Notes: a model not told the origin generated them from the letters alone. Shown: positions 45,914 to 57,807, counted from the first letter of the stretch. The stretch is DNA of 64,000 nt from Escherichia coli (GCF_002854065.1 NZ_CP024147.1); one strand, 5' to 3'. Made by a program: numbers and translations.

Positions 45914-47947
45914 ATGACTCAAGTCGCGAAGAAAATTCTGGTGACGTGCGCACTGCCGTACGCTAACGGCTCAATCCACCTCGGCCATATGCTGGAGCAC
46001 ATCCAGGCTGATGTCTGGGTCCGTTACCAGCGAATGCGCGGCCACGAGGTCAACTTCATCTGCGCCGACGATGCCCACGGTACACCGATCATGCTGAAAG
46101 CTCAGCAGCTTGGTATCACCCCGGAGCAGATGATTGGCGAAATGAGTCAGGAGCATCAGACTGATTTCGCAGGCTTTAACATCAGCTATGACAACTATCA
46201 CTCGACGCACAGCGAAGAGAACCGCCAGTTGTCAGAACTTATCTACTCTCGCCTGAAAGAGAACGGTTTTATTAAAAACCGCACCATCTCTCAGCTGTAC
46301 GATCCGGAAAAAGGCATGTTCCTGCCGGACCGTTTTGTGAAAGGCACCTGCCCGAAATGTAAATCCCCGGATCAATACGGCGATAACTGCGAAGTCTGCG
46401 GCGCGACCTACAGCCCGACTGAATTGATCGAGCCGAAATCGGTGGTTTCTGGCGCTACGCCGGTAATGCGTGATTCTGAACACTTCTTCTTTGATCTGCC
46501 CTCTTTCAGCGAAATGTTGCAGGCATGGACCCGCAGCGGTGCGTTGCAGGAGCAGGTGGCAAATAAAATGCAGGAGTGGTTTGAATCCGGCCTGCAACAG
46601 TGGGATATCTCCCGCGACGCGCCATACTTTGGTTTTGAAATTCCGAACGCGCCGGGCAAATATTTCTACGTCTGGCTGGACGCACCGATTGGCTACATGG
46701 GTTCTTTCAAGAATCTGTGCGACAAGCGCGGCGACAGCGTAAGCTTCGATGAATACTGGAAGAAAGACTCCACCGCCGAGCTGTACCACTTCATCGGTAA
46801 AGATATTGTTTACTTCCACAGCCTGTTCTGGCCTGCCATGCTGGAAGGCAGCAACTTCCGCAAGCCGACCAACCTGTTTGTTCATGGCTATGTGACGGTG
46901 AACGGCGCAAAGATGTCCAAGTCTCGCGGCACCTTTATTAAAGCCAGCACCTGGCTGAATCATTTTGACGCTGACAGCCTGCGTTACTACTACACTGCGA
47001 AACTCTCTTCGCGCATTGATGATATCGATCTCAACCTGGAGGATTTCGTTCAGCGTGTGAATGCCGATATCGTGAACAAAGTGGTTAACCTGGCCTCTCG
47101 TAATGCGGGCTTTATCAACAAGCGTTTTGACGGCGTGCTGGCAAGCGAACTGGCTGACCCGCAGTTGTACAAAACCTTCACTGATGCCGCTGAAGTGATT
47201 GGTGAAGCGTGGGAAAGCCGCGAATTTGGTAAAGCAGTGCGCGAAATCATGGCGCTGGCTGATCTGGCTAACCGCTATGTCGACGAGCAGGCTCCGTGGG
47301 TGGTGGCAAAACAGGAAGGCCGCGATGCCGACCTGCAGGCAATTTGCTCAATGGGCATAAACCTGTTCCGCGTGCTGATGACTTACCTGAAGCCGGTACT
47401 GCCGAAACTGACCGAGCGCGCAGAAGCATTCCTCAATACAGAACTGACCTGGGATGGTATCCAGCAACCGCTGCTGGGCCACAAAGTGAATCCGTTCAAA
47501 GCGCTGTATAACCGCATCGATATGAAGCAGGTTGAAGCACTGGTGGAAGCATCTAAAGAAGAAGTGAAAGCAGCTGCCGCGCCAGTTACTGGCCCACTGG
47601 CAGATGATCCGATTCAGGAAACCATCACCTTTGACGACTTCGCAAAAGTTGACCTGCGCGTGGCGCTGATCGAAAACGCAGAGTTTGTTGAAGGTTCTGA
47701 CAAACTGCTGCGCCTGACACTGGATCTCGGCGGTGAAAAACGCAATGTCTTCTCCGGTATTCGTTCTGCCTACCCGGATCCGCAGGCACTGATCGGGCGT
47801 CACACCATTATGGTGGCCAACCTGGCGCCACGTAAAATGCGCTTTGGTATCTCCGAAGGCATGGTAATGGCTGCTGGTCCTGGCGGGAAAGATATCTTCC
47901 TGTTAAGCCCGGATGCTGGTGCTAAACCAGGCCATCAGGTGAAATAA
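45914..47947 (+). CDS. metG: Methionyl-tRNA synthetase
   Basis: ORF 45905..47947; class I aaRS HIGH motif (ANGSIHLGH) and KMSKS; likely start at MTQVAKK (45914); C-terminal tRNA-binding domain present. Confidence 0.9.
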   Translation: MTQVAKKILVTCALPYANGSIHLGHMLEHIQADVWVRYQRMRGHEVNFICADDAHGTPIMLKAQQLGITPEQMIGEMSQEHQTDFAGFNISYDNYHSTHSEENRQLSELIYSRLKENGFIKNRTISQLYDPEKGMFLPDRFVKGTCPKCKSPDQYGDNCEVCGATYSPTELIEPKSVVSGATPVMRDSEHFFFDLPSFSEMLQAWTRSGALQEQVANKMQEWFESGLQQWDISRDAPYFGFEIPNAPGKYFYVWLDAPIGYMGSFKNLCDKRGDSVSFDEYWKKDSTAELYHFIGKDIVYFHSLFWPAMLEGSNFRKPTNLFVHGYVTVNGAKMSKSRGTFIKASTWLNHFDADSLRYYYTAKLSSRIDDIDLNLEDFVQRVNADIVNKVVNLASRNAGFINKRFDGVLASELADPQLYKTFTDAAEVIGEAWESREFGKAVREIMALADLANRYVDEQAPWVVAKQEGRDADLQAICSMGINLFRVLMTYLKPVLPKLTERAEAFLNTELTWDGIQQPLLGHKVNPFKALYNRIDMKQVEALVEASKEEVKAAAAPVTGPLADDPIQETITFDDFAKVDLRVALIENAEFVEGSDKLLRLTLDLGGEKRNVFSGIRSAYPDPQALIGRHTIMVANLAPRKMRFGISEGMVMAAGPGGKDIFLLSPDAGAKPGHQVK

Positions 47948-47956
47948 TCCCCCTTC

Positions 47957-47986
47957 AAGGCGCTGCATCGACAGCGCCTTTTCTTT
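47957..47986 (+). terminator. Rho-independent terminator after metG
   Basis: aaggcgctg…cagcgcctt stem followed by ttcttt. Confidence 0.5.
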
Positions 47987-48034
47987 ATAAATTCCTAAAG
48001 TTGTTTTCTTGCGATTTTGGGTAATGACTCCAAC

Positions 48035-48538
48035 TTATTGATAGTGTTTTATGTTCAGATAATGCCCGATGACTTTGTCATGCAGCTCCACCGATTTTGA
48101 GAACGACAGCGACTTCCGTCCCAGCCGTGCCAGGTGCTGCCTCAGATTCAGGTTATGCCGCTCAATTCGCTGCGTATATCGCTTGCTGATTACGTGCAGC
48201 TTTCCCTTCAGGCGGGATTCATACAGCGGCCAGCCATCCGTCATCCATATCACCACGTCAAAGGGTGACAGCAGGCTCATAAGACGCCCCAGCGTCGCCA
48301 TAGTGCGTTCACCGAATACGTGCGCAACAACCGTCTTCCGGAGACTGTCATACGCGTAAAACAGCCAGCGCTGGCGCGATTTAGCCCCGACGTATCCCCA
48401 CTGTTCGTCCATTTCCGCGCAGACGATGACGTCACTGCCCGGCTGTATGCGCGAGGTTACCGACTGCGGCCTGAGTTTTTTAAATGGCGGAAAATCGTGT
48501 TGAGGCCAACGCCCATAATGCGGGCGGTTGCCCGGCAT
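48035..48538 (-). CDS. insB: IS1 InsB
   Basis: 167-aa ORF, differs from copy A InsB by one residue (S for R). Confidence 0.85.
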   Translation of the reverse strand: MPGNRPHYGRWPQHDFPPFKKLRPQSVTSRIQPGSDVIVCAEMDEQWGYVGAKSRQRWLFYAYDSLRKTVVAHVFGERTMATLGRLMSLLSPFDVVIWMTDGWPLYESRLKGKLHVISKRYTQRIERHNLNLRQHLARLGRKSLSFSKSVELHDKVIGHYLNIKHYQ

Positions 48539-48732
48539 CCAACGCCATTCATGGCCATATCAATGATTTTCTGGTGCGTACCGGGTTGAGAAGCGGTGTA
48601 AGTGAACTGCAGTTGCCATGTTTTACGGCAGTGAGAGCAGAGATAGCGCTGATGTCCGGCAGTGCTTTTGCCGTTACGCACCACCCCGTCAGTAGCTGAA
48701 CAGGAGGGACAGCTGATAGAAACAGAAGCCAC
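48457..48732 (-). CDS. insA: IS1 InsA
   Basis: 91-aa ORF identical to copy A InsA. Confidence 0.85.
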   Translation of the reverse strand: MASVSISCPSCSATDGVVRNGKSTAGHQRYLCSHCRKTWQLQFTYTASQPGTHQKIIDMAMNGVGCRATARIMGVGLNTIFRHLKNSGRSR

Positions 48733-48787
48733 TGGAGCACCTCAAAAACACCATCATACACTAAATCAGTAAGTTGGCAGCATCACC

Positions 48788-49282
48788 CTGCTGACGTTAT
48801 CCCTTCCGGCATCTGCCTGTTCTCCTTTTGCCGTTGAACGCATGGCGGCGCTTTTGCAACAAACAGACGACCCCGTGAGTCTGGTTTCTGGCTTTGTCAG
48901 CTTTGTAGAGGGGCAATTGACACTGGAACCACGGGTGATGATGACAAAAACCCGTGCCTGGGCGCTGGACGCGGAAACTGCGCCTGTGGCACCGCTACCT
49001 TCTGCCAGCGTTTTGCCTGTGCCGTCTACCGCTCATCAGTTGCTGATGCGCTGCCAGGCGTTACTTATTCAACTGCTCCATAACGGCTGGCGCTATCAGG
49101 AACAGAGCGCTATTAGTCAGGCAGAGTTGCTGGCGAATGACCTCACCGCGGTGGGTTTTTATCGGCTGGCACATGTGTTGGCACAATTTCGTAATACAGA
49201 AAGCGAGGCACGGGTAGAAGCAATGAATAACGGTGTTTTGCTTTGCGAACAATTATTCCCCATGCTTCAGCAACAAGGATGA
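48788..49282 (+). pseudogene. 3' fragment of an upstream gene (possibly yehQ-like), 5'-truncated by IS1
   Basis: Open frame begins at the IS1 junction and ends at 49282 (146-aa ORF from the first Met at 48842); no promoter or 5' part; lies upstream of yehR, where yehQ sits in K-12. Confidence 0.4.
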
Positions 49283-49406
49283 AATAGTGCTTTTTACTAA
49301 GAGTTCTACTCCAGTTCCGGACTGCTCACACCACGGTATTAGGCATATCCTATATAGCCCCTGGTGAGAGTCACCAGTTTCTTGATTAAATAAAATGGAG
49401 TTTTAC

Positions 49407-49868
49407 ATGAAGGCTTTCAATAAGCTGTTTTCCCTCGTTGTTGCATCTGTTCTGGTTTTCTCTCTTGCTGGCTGCGGTGACAAAGAAGAATCGAAGAAAT
49501 TCAGCGCCAATCTGAACGGCACTGAAATTGCCATTACCTATGTCTACAAAGGTGACAAAGTGCTTAAGCAATCTTCTGAAACCAAAATTCAATTTGCCTC
49601 CATTGGTGCAACCACCAAAGAAGATGCTGCCAAGACACTTGAGCCGTTAAGCGCCAAATACAAAAACATCGCGGGTGTTGAAGAAAAATTAACCTATACC
49701 GATACCTACGCGCAGGAAAACGTGACTATCGATATGGAAAAAGTGGATTTTAAAGCCCTGCAGGGTATTTCAGGAATCAACGTTTCTGCTGAAGATGCCA
49801 AAAAAGGTATCACTATGGCGCAAATGGAACTGGTGATGAAAGCCGCTGGTTTTAAAGAAGTGAAATAA
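49407..49868 (+). CDS. yehR: DUF1307 lipoprotein YehR
   Basis: ORF 49395..49868; start at MKAFNKLFSLVVASVLVFSLAGC (lipobox). Confidence 0.8.
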   Translation: MKAFNKLFSLVVASVLVFSLAGCGDKEESKKFSANLNGTEIAITYVYKGDKVLKQSSETKIQFASIGATTKEDAAKTLEPLSAKYKNIAGVEEKLTYTDTYAQENVTIDMEKVDFKALQGISGINVSAEDAKKGITMAQMELVMKAAGFKEVK

Positions 49869-49873
49869 TCTGT

Positions 49874-49899
49874 CGGCGGCCATGTTTCGCATGGCCGCC
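49874..49899. terminator. Hairpin between convergent yehR and yehS (bidirectional terminator)
   Basis: cggcggccatg / catggccgcc inverted repeat. Confidence 0.45.
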
Positions 49900-49908
49900 A
49901 TACCCGTC

Positions 49909-50379
49909 TTAGCTTTTCTTCACATGCTGGCGCGCTGCCAGTCCACGCAGAAAATAACGTAAAAATTGATCGCCGCATTCGCGGAAGTTTTTATGATCCG
50001 GTGCGCGCATCATCGCTGTAATTTCCGGCATCGAAACGCGGAACTGCTGTTCGGTGAGGATAGCCAGAATGTCATCGGTTTTCAGCGAAAACGCGATGCG
50101 TAATTTTTTCAGCACGATGTTGTTATTAATGCGACGTTCCGGCTCCAGTGCCGGAGCAGACTCATCCTTGCCGCGTTTTTCATAAATCAGGCCATTGAGG
50201 AATGACGACAAAACAATGTCCGGACAACGCTGAAAACCCTCTTCGTCTTCTTTACGTAGCCAGACGGCGATCTGTTCCGCGGTGGCTTCGACATTACCCA
50301 GCGCCAGAATACGCACCAGGTCATTATTATTGGCTTTCAAAATGTAGCGCACGCTACGCAGAATATCGTTACTTAGCAT
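49909..50379 (-). CDS. yehS: DUF1456-family protein YehS
   Basis: ORF 49909..50436; probable start at the internal Met (MLSNDILRSVRYILK) gives ~156 aa. Confidence 0.8.
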   Translation of the reverse strand: MLSNDILRSVRYILKANNNDLVRILALGNVEATAEQIAVWLRKEDEEGFQRCPDIVLSSFLNGLIYEKRGKDESAPALEPERRINNNIVLKKLRIAFSLKTDDILAILTEQQFRVSMPEITAMMRAPDHKNFRECGDQFLRYFLRGLAARQHVKKS

Positions 50380-50425
50380 GAGGCCTTCAGGTGTTGATGA
50401 GGCAAAAAGCCATTTTAGCAGTCTT

Positions 50426-51145
50426 TTACAGGCCAATCGCCTCTTTTAAGCTTTTCAGATAACGGCGGCTGACCGGCACGGTTAAGCCATTACGCAAAAT
50501 CAACTCGGCCTGGCCGTTATCTTCCAGACGAATCTCCTGTAAATGCGCGAGGTTAACCAGATACTGACGATGGCAGCGCAGTAGTGGTGTACGACTTTCC
50601 AGGGTACGTAATGTCAATTCGGTAAAGCCCTCTTTCCCTTCGTGGCTGGTAACGTAGACACCGCTCATTCGACTGCTGACAAATGCCACATCTTTCATTT
50701 GCAGCAAATAAATCCGACTATGCCCCGTACAAGGGATAAATTTCAGCGCCTGTTGATTTTCCGGTAACAGCGAAACATCCTGCTTGCTGCGCTCCTGACG
50801 CAATCGCGCCAGCGTTTTCTCCAGCCGCGCTTCATCAATTGGCTTCAGCAGATAATCAAAGGCATGTTCTTCAAAGGCTTTAATAGCGTATTCGTCAAAC
50901 GCAGTGAGAAAAACAATATACGGCCGATGTTCCGGGTCAAGCATCCCCACCATTTCCAGACCACTGATGCGCGGCATCTGGATATCGAGAAACAGCACAT
51001 CCGGGCGCAGTTTATGCACCGCGCCGATCCCTTCCACGGCGTTTGAACACTCTCCAACGATTTCAATATCGCTCTGCTCCTGCAAAAATACACGCAGGTT
51101 CTCCCGTGCTAACGGTTCATCATCGACAATTAAGACTTTAATCAT
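50426..51145 (-). CDS. btsR: LytTR-family response regulator BtsR (YehT)
   Basis: ORF 50426..51160; start at [16 protein letters not shown] (receiver domain) with C-terminal LytTR DNA-binding domain. Confidence 0.85.
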
Positions 51146-52827
51146 GCCTCGTCCCTCCATGGTAGTCGTAACGTTATTCGGGTGTAACTATCAGGCTCAC
51201 AGGCGACGCTTGTTCCATAGTCATCGCCAAACCGTTCACGTAAACGCTTATCCACCAGATTCATCCCCAGCCCACTGGCATTGGTTACCGGTTGATACAA
51301 ACCGGCATTGTCTTCGATCTCCAGCATCAAATGTTGCCCCTCACGTCGGGCGCTGATTGCCACTCGCCCTGTATCCAGCAGTTGTGATGTCCCATGTTTA
51401 ATGGCGTTTTCCACTATCGGTTGCAGGGTAAACGCGGGCAATTGCTGCTGGGATAATTCTTGCGGAATAGCAATGTTGACCTGCAACCGCGACTGGAAGC
51501 GCGCCTTTTCAATTTGCAGATAAGCGTTCACATGTTCAATTTCGTCGGCGAGAGTAACAAACTCCGAAGGCCGCTTTAAGTTTTTGCGGAAAAAAGTGGA
51601 AAGATACTGCACCAGCTGGCTGGCCTGTTCGCTGTCGCGGCGGATCACCGCTTTAATGGTGTTAAGCGCATTAAACAAAAAATGAGGATTCACCTGGGCG
51701 TGAAGCAGTTTGATTTCTGACTGGGTGAGCATCGCTTTTTGCCGCTCATATTGCCCGGCAAGAATCTGCGCCGAAAGCAGTTGCGCAATCCCCTCGCCCA
51801 GCGTGCGGTTTATTGAACTGAATAAACGGTTTTTGGCTTCATACAATTTGATGGTGCCCATCACCCGCTGATTTTCACCACGCAACGGAATTACCAGCGT
51901 CGACCCCAGTTTGCATTGCGGATGCAAAGAGCAACGATAAGGTACTTCGTTGCCATCAGCGTAGACCACTTCACCGGTTTCAATCGCTTTTAAGGTGTAA
52001 GTCGAAGAAATCGGTTTGCCGGGTAAATGGTGGTCGTCACCAATTCCAGTAAAGGCCAGCAATTTCTCTCGATCGGTAATCGCGACTGCACCAATATCCA
52101 GCTCCTGATACAGCACCTGTGCCACTTTCATGCTGTTCACTTCGTTAAACCCCTGGCGCAAAATGCCTTCCGTCGAGGCTGCCACTTTCAGCGCAGTGGC
52201 AGAAAAAGCCGAAGTGTATTTTTCAAACATCGCGCGTTTATCGAGCAATATACGCATAAACAGCGCCGCGCCGACGGTATTGGTGACCATCATTGGCGCA
52301 GCAATATTACTCACCAGACGCACCGCATCTTCATAAGGTCGGGCGATCGCCAGGATGATCAACATTTGCACCATTTCAGCGACGAACGTGACGGCACCGG
52401 CGGTAATGGGGTTAAAGACTTTATCAGTGCGCCCGCGACGGATCAGGATGCTGTGTACCAGGCCGCCGAGCAATCCTTCAACGATGGTCGAGATCATGCA
52501 ACTTAGCGCGGTCATGCCCCCCATCGAATATCGATGTAACCCGCCGGTCAGGCCAACCAGCCCACCGACGACCGGACCGCCGAGTAAGCCGCCCATTACC
52601 GCGCCTATCGCACGGGTATTGGCAATAGAATCGTCAATGTGCAACCCAAACCAGGTGCCCATGATGCAGAAGATGGAAAAGACGATGTAGCAGAGAAATT
52701 TATGCGGCAGACGAACCGTGACCTGCATTAACGGTATGAATAATGGCGTTTTACTCATTAACCACGCAATGACTAAAAAAACGCACATCTGCTGAAGCAG
52801 CAGCAACACCAGATTAAAATCGTACAT
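51142..52827 (-). CDS. btsS: LytS-type sensor histidine kinase BtsS (YehU), pyruvate sensing
   Basis: ORF 51142..52842; 5TM-LytS N-terminal domain, GAF region, His-kinase ([10 protein letters not shown]) and ATPase domains; overlaps the btsR start. Confidence 0.85.
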
Positions 52828-53048
52828 ACCCGCAAACCACACTTCCCTTTAAAACGCGTAACATACATTGCCTGCGTTTAACTTTCTTTGAACTCTTGCA
52901 GAAAAATGAGAATTCGTGAGTACGATCACTCAAAATCGCCTGGCAAAAATAAAATCACCCTATAAATGCACAAAAAACGGGCAAAACTACCTGGTTCGCA
53001 AAACTGCGTCTAAAGTTAAACCGGGACCTCGCGAGCAAGGGTGAGACG

Positions 53049-53780
53049 ATGGCGCTTTACACAATTGGTGAAGTGGCGTTGCTTTGTGATATTAACCCTG
53101 TCACGTTACGCGCGTGGCAGAGGCGTTACGGATTGCTGAAACCGCAACGGACAGACGGCGGTCATCGGCTGTTCAACGATGCCGATATTGACCGGATCCG
53201 CGAGATCAAACGCTGGATCGACAACGGCGTGCAGGTCAGCAAAGTTAAAATGCTGCTCAGTAATGAAAATGTTGATGTGCAGAACGGCTGGCGCGATCAG
53301 CAAGAAACATTACTGACCTACCTGCAAAGCGGCAATCTGCATAGCCTGCGAACGTGGATCAAAGAGCGCGGTCAGGATTACCCCGCCCAGACACTCACCA
53401 CACATCTGTTTATTCCTCTGCGCCGACGGCTTCAGTGCCAACAACCGACTCTCCAGGCGCTGCTGGCGATCCTCGACGGCGTACTGATCAACTACATCGC
53501 CATTTGTCTGGCTTCGGCACGTAAAAAACAGGGTAAAGATGCGCTGGTGGTTGGCTGGAATATTCAGGATACCACCCGTCTGTGGCTGGAGGGCTGGATT
53601 GCCAGTCAACAAGGATGGCGCATTGATGTCCTCGCCCACTCGCTCAATCAACTACGCCCTGAACTGTTCGAAGGCCGTACATTGCTGGTGTGGTGCGGTG
53701 AAAATCGAACCTCCGCCCAACAGCAGCAACTCACCAGTTGGCAGGAACAAGTCCATGATATTTTCCCACTCGGCATTTAA
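53049..53780 (+). CDS. mlrA: MerR-family transcriptional regulator MlrA (curli/csgD activator)
   Basis: 243-aa ORF with N-terminal MerR HTH (MALYTIGEVALLCDINPVTLRAWQRRYGLLKPQRTDGGHRLF). Confidence 0.8.
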   Translation: MALYTIGEVALLCDINPVTLRAWQRRYGLLKPQRTDGGHRLFNDADIDRIREIKRWIDNGVQVSKVKMLLSNENVDVQNGWRDQQETLLTYLQSGNLHSLRTWIKERGQDYPAQTLTTHLFIPLRRRLQCQQPTLQALLAILDGVLINYIAICLASARKKQGKDALVVGWNIQDTTRLWLEGWIASQQGWRIDVLAHSLNQLRPELFEGRTLLVWCGENRTSAQQQQLTSWQEQVHDIFPLGI

Positions 53781-53839
53781 TGATTCGTTAACAAATGCGC
53801 TTTACTGTACAATCCTTTCGTTAACATAAGGAGTGCATT

Positions 53840-53947
53840 ATGCGCATAGCTAAAATTGGGGTCATCGCCCTGTTCCTGTTTATGGCGTTAGGCGGAATTG
53901 GTGGCGTCATGCTCGCAGGTTATACCTTTATTTTGCGTGCTGGCTAA
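53840..53947 (+). CDS. yohO: Small membrane protein YohO (35 aa)
   Basis: ATG at 53840 preceded by aaggag; [35 protein letters not shown]; too short for the ORF track; overlaps the 3' end of yehW convergently. Confidence 0.6.
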
Positions 53948-54659
53948 GCGCCTGCACCAGCCTTTCAAACAGGCGGTCTGCGATGATCGCCGCCAGTGCC
54001 ACCAGTAACGCTCCCTGGATCACATACGCGGTATTAAATCCGCTAAGCCCGATGATGATGGGCGTACCCAGCGTGCTGGCCCCTACCGTTGAGGCGATCG
54101 TCGCCGTACCAATGTTGATAATCACCGAAGTTCGCACGCCCGCCAGAATCACCGGAGCCGCCAGCGGTAGCTCGACCTTACGCAGTCGCTGACCACGACT
54201 CATTCCCATACCCTTCGCAACTTCTGTCACGCTGGCATCAATCGCTCCCAGCCCGGCAAGTGTCGCCTGCAGGACGGGCAGCACGCCGTATAGGATCAAG
54301 GCGATAATCGCTGGTTGCAGACCAAAGCCGATCACCGGAACAGCAATCGCCAGCACCGCAACGGGCGGAAAAGTCTGCCCAACGGCGGCAATAGTTTCCA
54401 CCAGTGGGCGAAATTCCGCGCCCCACGGGCGAGTGACTGCAATTCCGGCACCAGTACCAATGATCACCGCAAACAGACTCGAAATTCCCACCAGCCAGAA
54501 ATGAGCCAGTGCCAGAGCTGCAAAACTTTCTTGCTGATAAACGGGTCGTGGCAGTTGTGGGAACAAGGCAGCAAACAGCGGCTGGCTGTAAGGCAGCCAG
54601 AAAATCAGTGCCGCAAACAAAGCAATGAGCCAGAACAGCGGATCGCGCAACATCTTCAT
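53928..54659 (-). CDS. yehW: Glycine betaine/osmoprotectant ABC transporter permease YehW
   Basis: 243-aa polytopic membrane ORF, ABC permease fold. Confidence 0.85.
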
Positions 54660-54663
54660 ACGC

Positions 54664-55590
54664 TTACGCCTCCACCAGCAGATCCTGAAAATGCAGCGTG
54701 CCGCAAGGCTGGCCCTGCGTGTTCACCACCGGCAGCACCTCGCATCCCCGCGCGACAAACAGAGAGAGCGCATCGCGTAGCGTCATCTCTTCTGCCAGTG
54801 CCTCACCTTCTGCTCGTTCTTCGCGACGCACGTAATCCGCCACACTACGTAACGAAAGCAGGCGCACACCCAGTTCACTACGTCCAAAAAAATGGCGGAC
54901 AAAATCATTCGCCGGACGAGTCAGCATCGTCAGCGGATTGCCCTGCTGCACCACTTCACCGTGATCCATCAATACCAGATGTTCTGCCAGCCGTAGCGCC
55001 TCATCAATATCATGAGTGACCAGCACAATAGTGCGCCCCAGCAAACGGTGAATGCGCGTCATCTCTTGTTGCAACGCGCCGCGCGTTACCGGGTCCAGTG
55101 CGCCAAAAGGTTCATCCATCAGTAAGACTTGCGGATCGGCAGCCAGTGCACGGGCCACTCCCACACGTTGCTGCTGACCACCGGAAAGCTGATGCGGATA
55201 ACGCTCACGCAAATTTGACTCCAGCCCCAGTAGCGCCATTAATTCGTCGATACGATCGTCAATCCGTGCCCGCGACCATTTTTGTAATTGCGGCACGGTA
55301 GCGATGTTTTGCGCCACGCTCCAGTGGGGGAACAGGCCAATAGATTGAATGGCATAGCCCATCCGGCGGCGCAACTCCAGTACTGGCAGCGAGCGAATTT
55401 CTTCTCCGGCAAAGCGGATCTCTCCGCTGTCATGCTCCACCAGGCGGTTAATCATTTTCAGGGTGGTGGATTTACCGGAGCCAGATGTGCCAATCAGCAC
55501 CGAAAAACTCCCTTCCTGAAAATTGAGATTGAGATCGTTAACGGCTTTTTGTGCGCCAAACAGTTTGCTGACATGGCTAAATTCAATCAT
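54664..55590 (-). CDS. yehX: ABC transporter ATP-binding protein YehX
   Basis: 308-aa ORF with Walker A (GTSGSGKST), ABC signature (LSGGQQQRV) and Walker B. Confidence 0.85.
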   Translation of the reverse strand: MIEFSHVSKLFGAQKAVNDLNLNFQEGSFSVLIGTSGSGKSTTLKMINRLVEHDSGEIRFAGEEIRSLPVLELRRRMGYAIQSIGLFPHWSVAQNIATVPQLQKWSRARIDDRIDELMALLGLESNLRERYPHQLSGGQQQRVGVARALAADPQVLLMDEPFGALDPVTRGALQQEMTRIHRLLGRTIVLVTHDIDEALRLAEHLVLMDHGEVVQQGNPLTMLTRPANDFVRHFFGRSELGVRLLSLRSVADYVRREERAEGEALAEEMTLRDALSLFVARGCEVLPVVNTQGQPCGTLHFQDLLVEA

Positions 55591-56740
55591 TACGTTTCAC
55601 CTTCAACAGTGCGATAAGTAAATCGAACAGCGCATCGATCAGCACCGCCAGAACAATTACCGGGATCACCCCCAGCAACACTAAATCAATGGCGCTGCTT
55701 AGCAGCCCCTGGAAAACCAGCGCACCAAAACCGCCTGCGCCGATTAACGCCGCAATCACCGCCATGCCTACAGTTTGCACCATCACCACCCGCAGGCTGC
55801 GCAGAAATACCGGTAACGCCAGCGGTAACTGAACATGCAGGAATCGCTGCGCCCCGCTCATGCCCATCGCTCTGGCGCTCTCCAGCACATCGCGCGGGAT
55901 CTGGTTCAAGCCGACTACCACGCCACGCACCAGCGGCAGCAAGGCATAGAGCACCAGCGCAATCAGTGCGGGTGTCATTCCGGTTCCTGCTATGCCAAGC
56001 TTCCCCAGCCACGGAAAGGCCGTAACCAGTCCGGCAAGCGGCGCAATCAGCAGGCCAAAGAGCGCCACCGAAGGCACGGTCTGAATGACATTGAGCAGAG
56101 AAAAAATCGCCCCCTGCCGCGCGGTGGAAAAGTAGCACCAGATGCCCAACGGCACACCAATCACTAACGCAGGCAGCACCGCACCAAACAGCAACGTCAG
56201 ATGTTGTGCCAGCGCGTCGTCAAACACATCCTGACGGTTGGCGTATTCTTTCATTAGTGAGAGATCGTTAAGCGTGCCGGAGTACAGCAACCACAGCGGA
56301 ATAATGGCAATCTGCATATGCAACAACCAGCGCCACAGCGGATGCGTGGAGATTCGGCGGATGGCATCGCTACAGGCCAGCAATGCCAGCGCCGCAGCCA
56401 GCCAGAAACCACTGCCGAGGCTGGTACGCGCCAGCGAACTGCCATTTTGCGCCAGTTGGGTCGCCGCCTTTCCAGCTCCCCACACCAGCAATACGAAGAC
56501 GAATTGCGCCAGAATGAGTGCAAAAATGCTGCCTTTTTTAGCGGGAATAAAACAGGCTGTCAGCCAGGCGCAACCAACGCCCACCAGCATCCAGATCGTT
56601 TGCGGCCACAGCTGCCAGAGATGTCGCCCTTCACCCGAGACTAAACGATTAGGCGCGTAGCTGATAAACGGCAGCGCTGCTGCGATTGCCGTCAGCAACA
56701 GCAGCAGCGCCAGAACAGGATTAATACGTAGATAAGTCAC
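55583..56740 (-). CDS. yehY: ABC transporter permease YehY
   Basis: 385-aa polytopic membrane ORF overlapping the yehX start. Confidence 0.85.
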   Translation of the reverse strand: MTYLRINPVLALLLLLTAIAAALPFISYAPNRLVSGEGRHLWQLWPQTIWMLVGVGCAWLTACFIPAKKGSIFALILAQFVFVLLVWGAGKAATQLAQNGSSLARTSLGSGFWLAAALALLACSDAIRRISTHPLWRWLLHMQIAIIPLWLLYSGTLNDLSLMKEYANRQDVFDDALAQHLTLLFGAVLPALVIGVPLGIWCYFSTARQGAIFSLLNVIQTVPSVALFGLLIAPLAGLVTAFPWLGKLGIAGTGMTPALIALVLYALLPLVRGVVVGLNQIPRDVLESARAMGMSGAQRFLHVQLPLALPVFLRSLRVVMVQTVGMAVIAALIGAGGFGALVFQGLLSSAIDLVLLGVIPVIVLAVLIDALFDLLIALLKVKRND

Positions 56741-56746
56741 GGGAAA

Positions 56747-57664
56747 TTACTTCGTCCACCCTTTTTGTTTCAGGTAGTCGGCAGCCACTTTTTTGGCATC
56801 CAGTCCTTCCACTGCAATGCTGGCATTCAGTTGCTGCAATGTTTTTGCATCGAGGCTGGCGAAGACTGGCTGTAGCCACTGTGCCATTTGCGGATACTCT
56901 TTCAGCACCGACTCACGCACCACTGGTGCTGGCGCGTAGATAGGTTGCACGCCTTGCGGATCGCTTAAGGTTTGCAGCCCCAGCGCCGCGACTGGACCGT
57001 CAGTGCCGTAAGCCATTGCGGCATTAACGCCAGAAGTTTGCTGGGCAGCGGCTTTAATCGTCACCGCCGTGTCGCCACCAGCCAGTGACAGCAACTGATC
57101 CTGACCGAGCTTAAAGCCATAGGCTTTTTCAAACACGGGTAAGGCATCGGCGCGTTCGATAAACTCTGCCGAGGCTGCCAGTTTGAAGGTGCCGCCCTCT
57201 TTCAGATAACGACTCAGGTCAGCAAGCGAAGTGAGTTTGTTTTTCTCTGCCACATCCTGACGCACGGCGATGGTCCAGGTGTTATTTGCAGGTGCGGGCG
57301 TCAGCCAGATTAACTTGTTTTGCTCTGCATCGAGTTTTTTGACTTTCTCGTAACCTTGCTGCGCGTTTTTCCACGCTGCATCGTTTTCATCTTTAAAGAA
57401 AAACGCGCCATTGCCGGTATATTCCGGATAGATATCCAGTTCACCGGAAGTAATCGCCCCGCGCACCACAGGAGTCGTTCCGAGTTGCACTTTATTGACC
57501 GTCGGTACGCCGTGGCTTTCCAGTACCTGCAAAATGATATTGCCGAGCAGCGCGCCTTCAGTATCGATTTTTGAACCGACTTTAACGGGAGAAGCTGCCT
57601 GTAGCGGCAGGCTCACGGCTGCCAACATAACCAGTGAACCTGCCCAGACCTTTGAGAGTGGCAT
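56747..57664 (-). CDS. osmF: Periplasmic glycine betaine-binding protein OsmF (YehZ)
   Basis: 305-aa ORF with signal peptide, substrate-binding-protein fold. Confidence 0.85.
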   Translation of the reverse strand: MPLSKVWAGSLVMLAAVSLPLQAASPVKVGSKIDTEGALLGNIILQVLESHGVPTVNKVQLGTTPVVRGAITSGELDIYPEYTGNGAFFFKDENDAAWKNAQQGYEKVKKLDAEQNKLIWLTPAPANNTWTIAVRQDVAEKNKLTSLADLSRYLKEGGTFKLAASAEFIERADALPVFEKAYGFKLGQDQLLSLAGGDTAVTIKAAAQQTSGVNAAMAYGTDGPVAALGLQTLSDPQGVQPIYAPAPVVRESVLKEYPQMAQWLQPVFASLDAKTLQQLNASIAVEGLDAKKVAADYLKQKGWTK

Positions 57665-57807
57665 GATGCTTTCCTCATTCTTTTACTGTTGTTTTCAGCG
57701 AATTAAGAGAAAAGCATAGTTGATAATGGCGGGGTTAGCCTGAGCGGACGGATTCAGTTGCAGAATCAGATAAATACTTAAGAGGCATATTCGGTCCGGC
57801 GTTTCCT

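Larger units (their letters stand above)
48020..48787 (-). mobile_element. IS1 insertion sequence, copy B (768 bp), same orientation as copy A
   Basis: Same termini as copy A; at least one nucleotide differs between the copies (InsB R vs S); flanking 9-mers differ (no target-site duplication). Confidence 0.9.

Noticed and set aside
46232-46963. 243-aa minus-strand ORF inside metG
   Set aside because: Antisense shadow ORF within an essential, well-conserved aminoacyl-tRNA synthetase gene.
43764-48787. IS1-mrp-metG-IS1 as an active composite transposon
   Set aside because: The enclosed genes are housekeeping genes in their native orientation and chromosomal neighbourhood, and there are no target-site duplications. 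Two independent IS1 insertions with adjacent deletions are more parsimonious.
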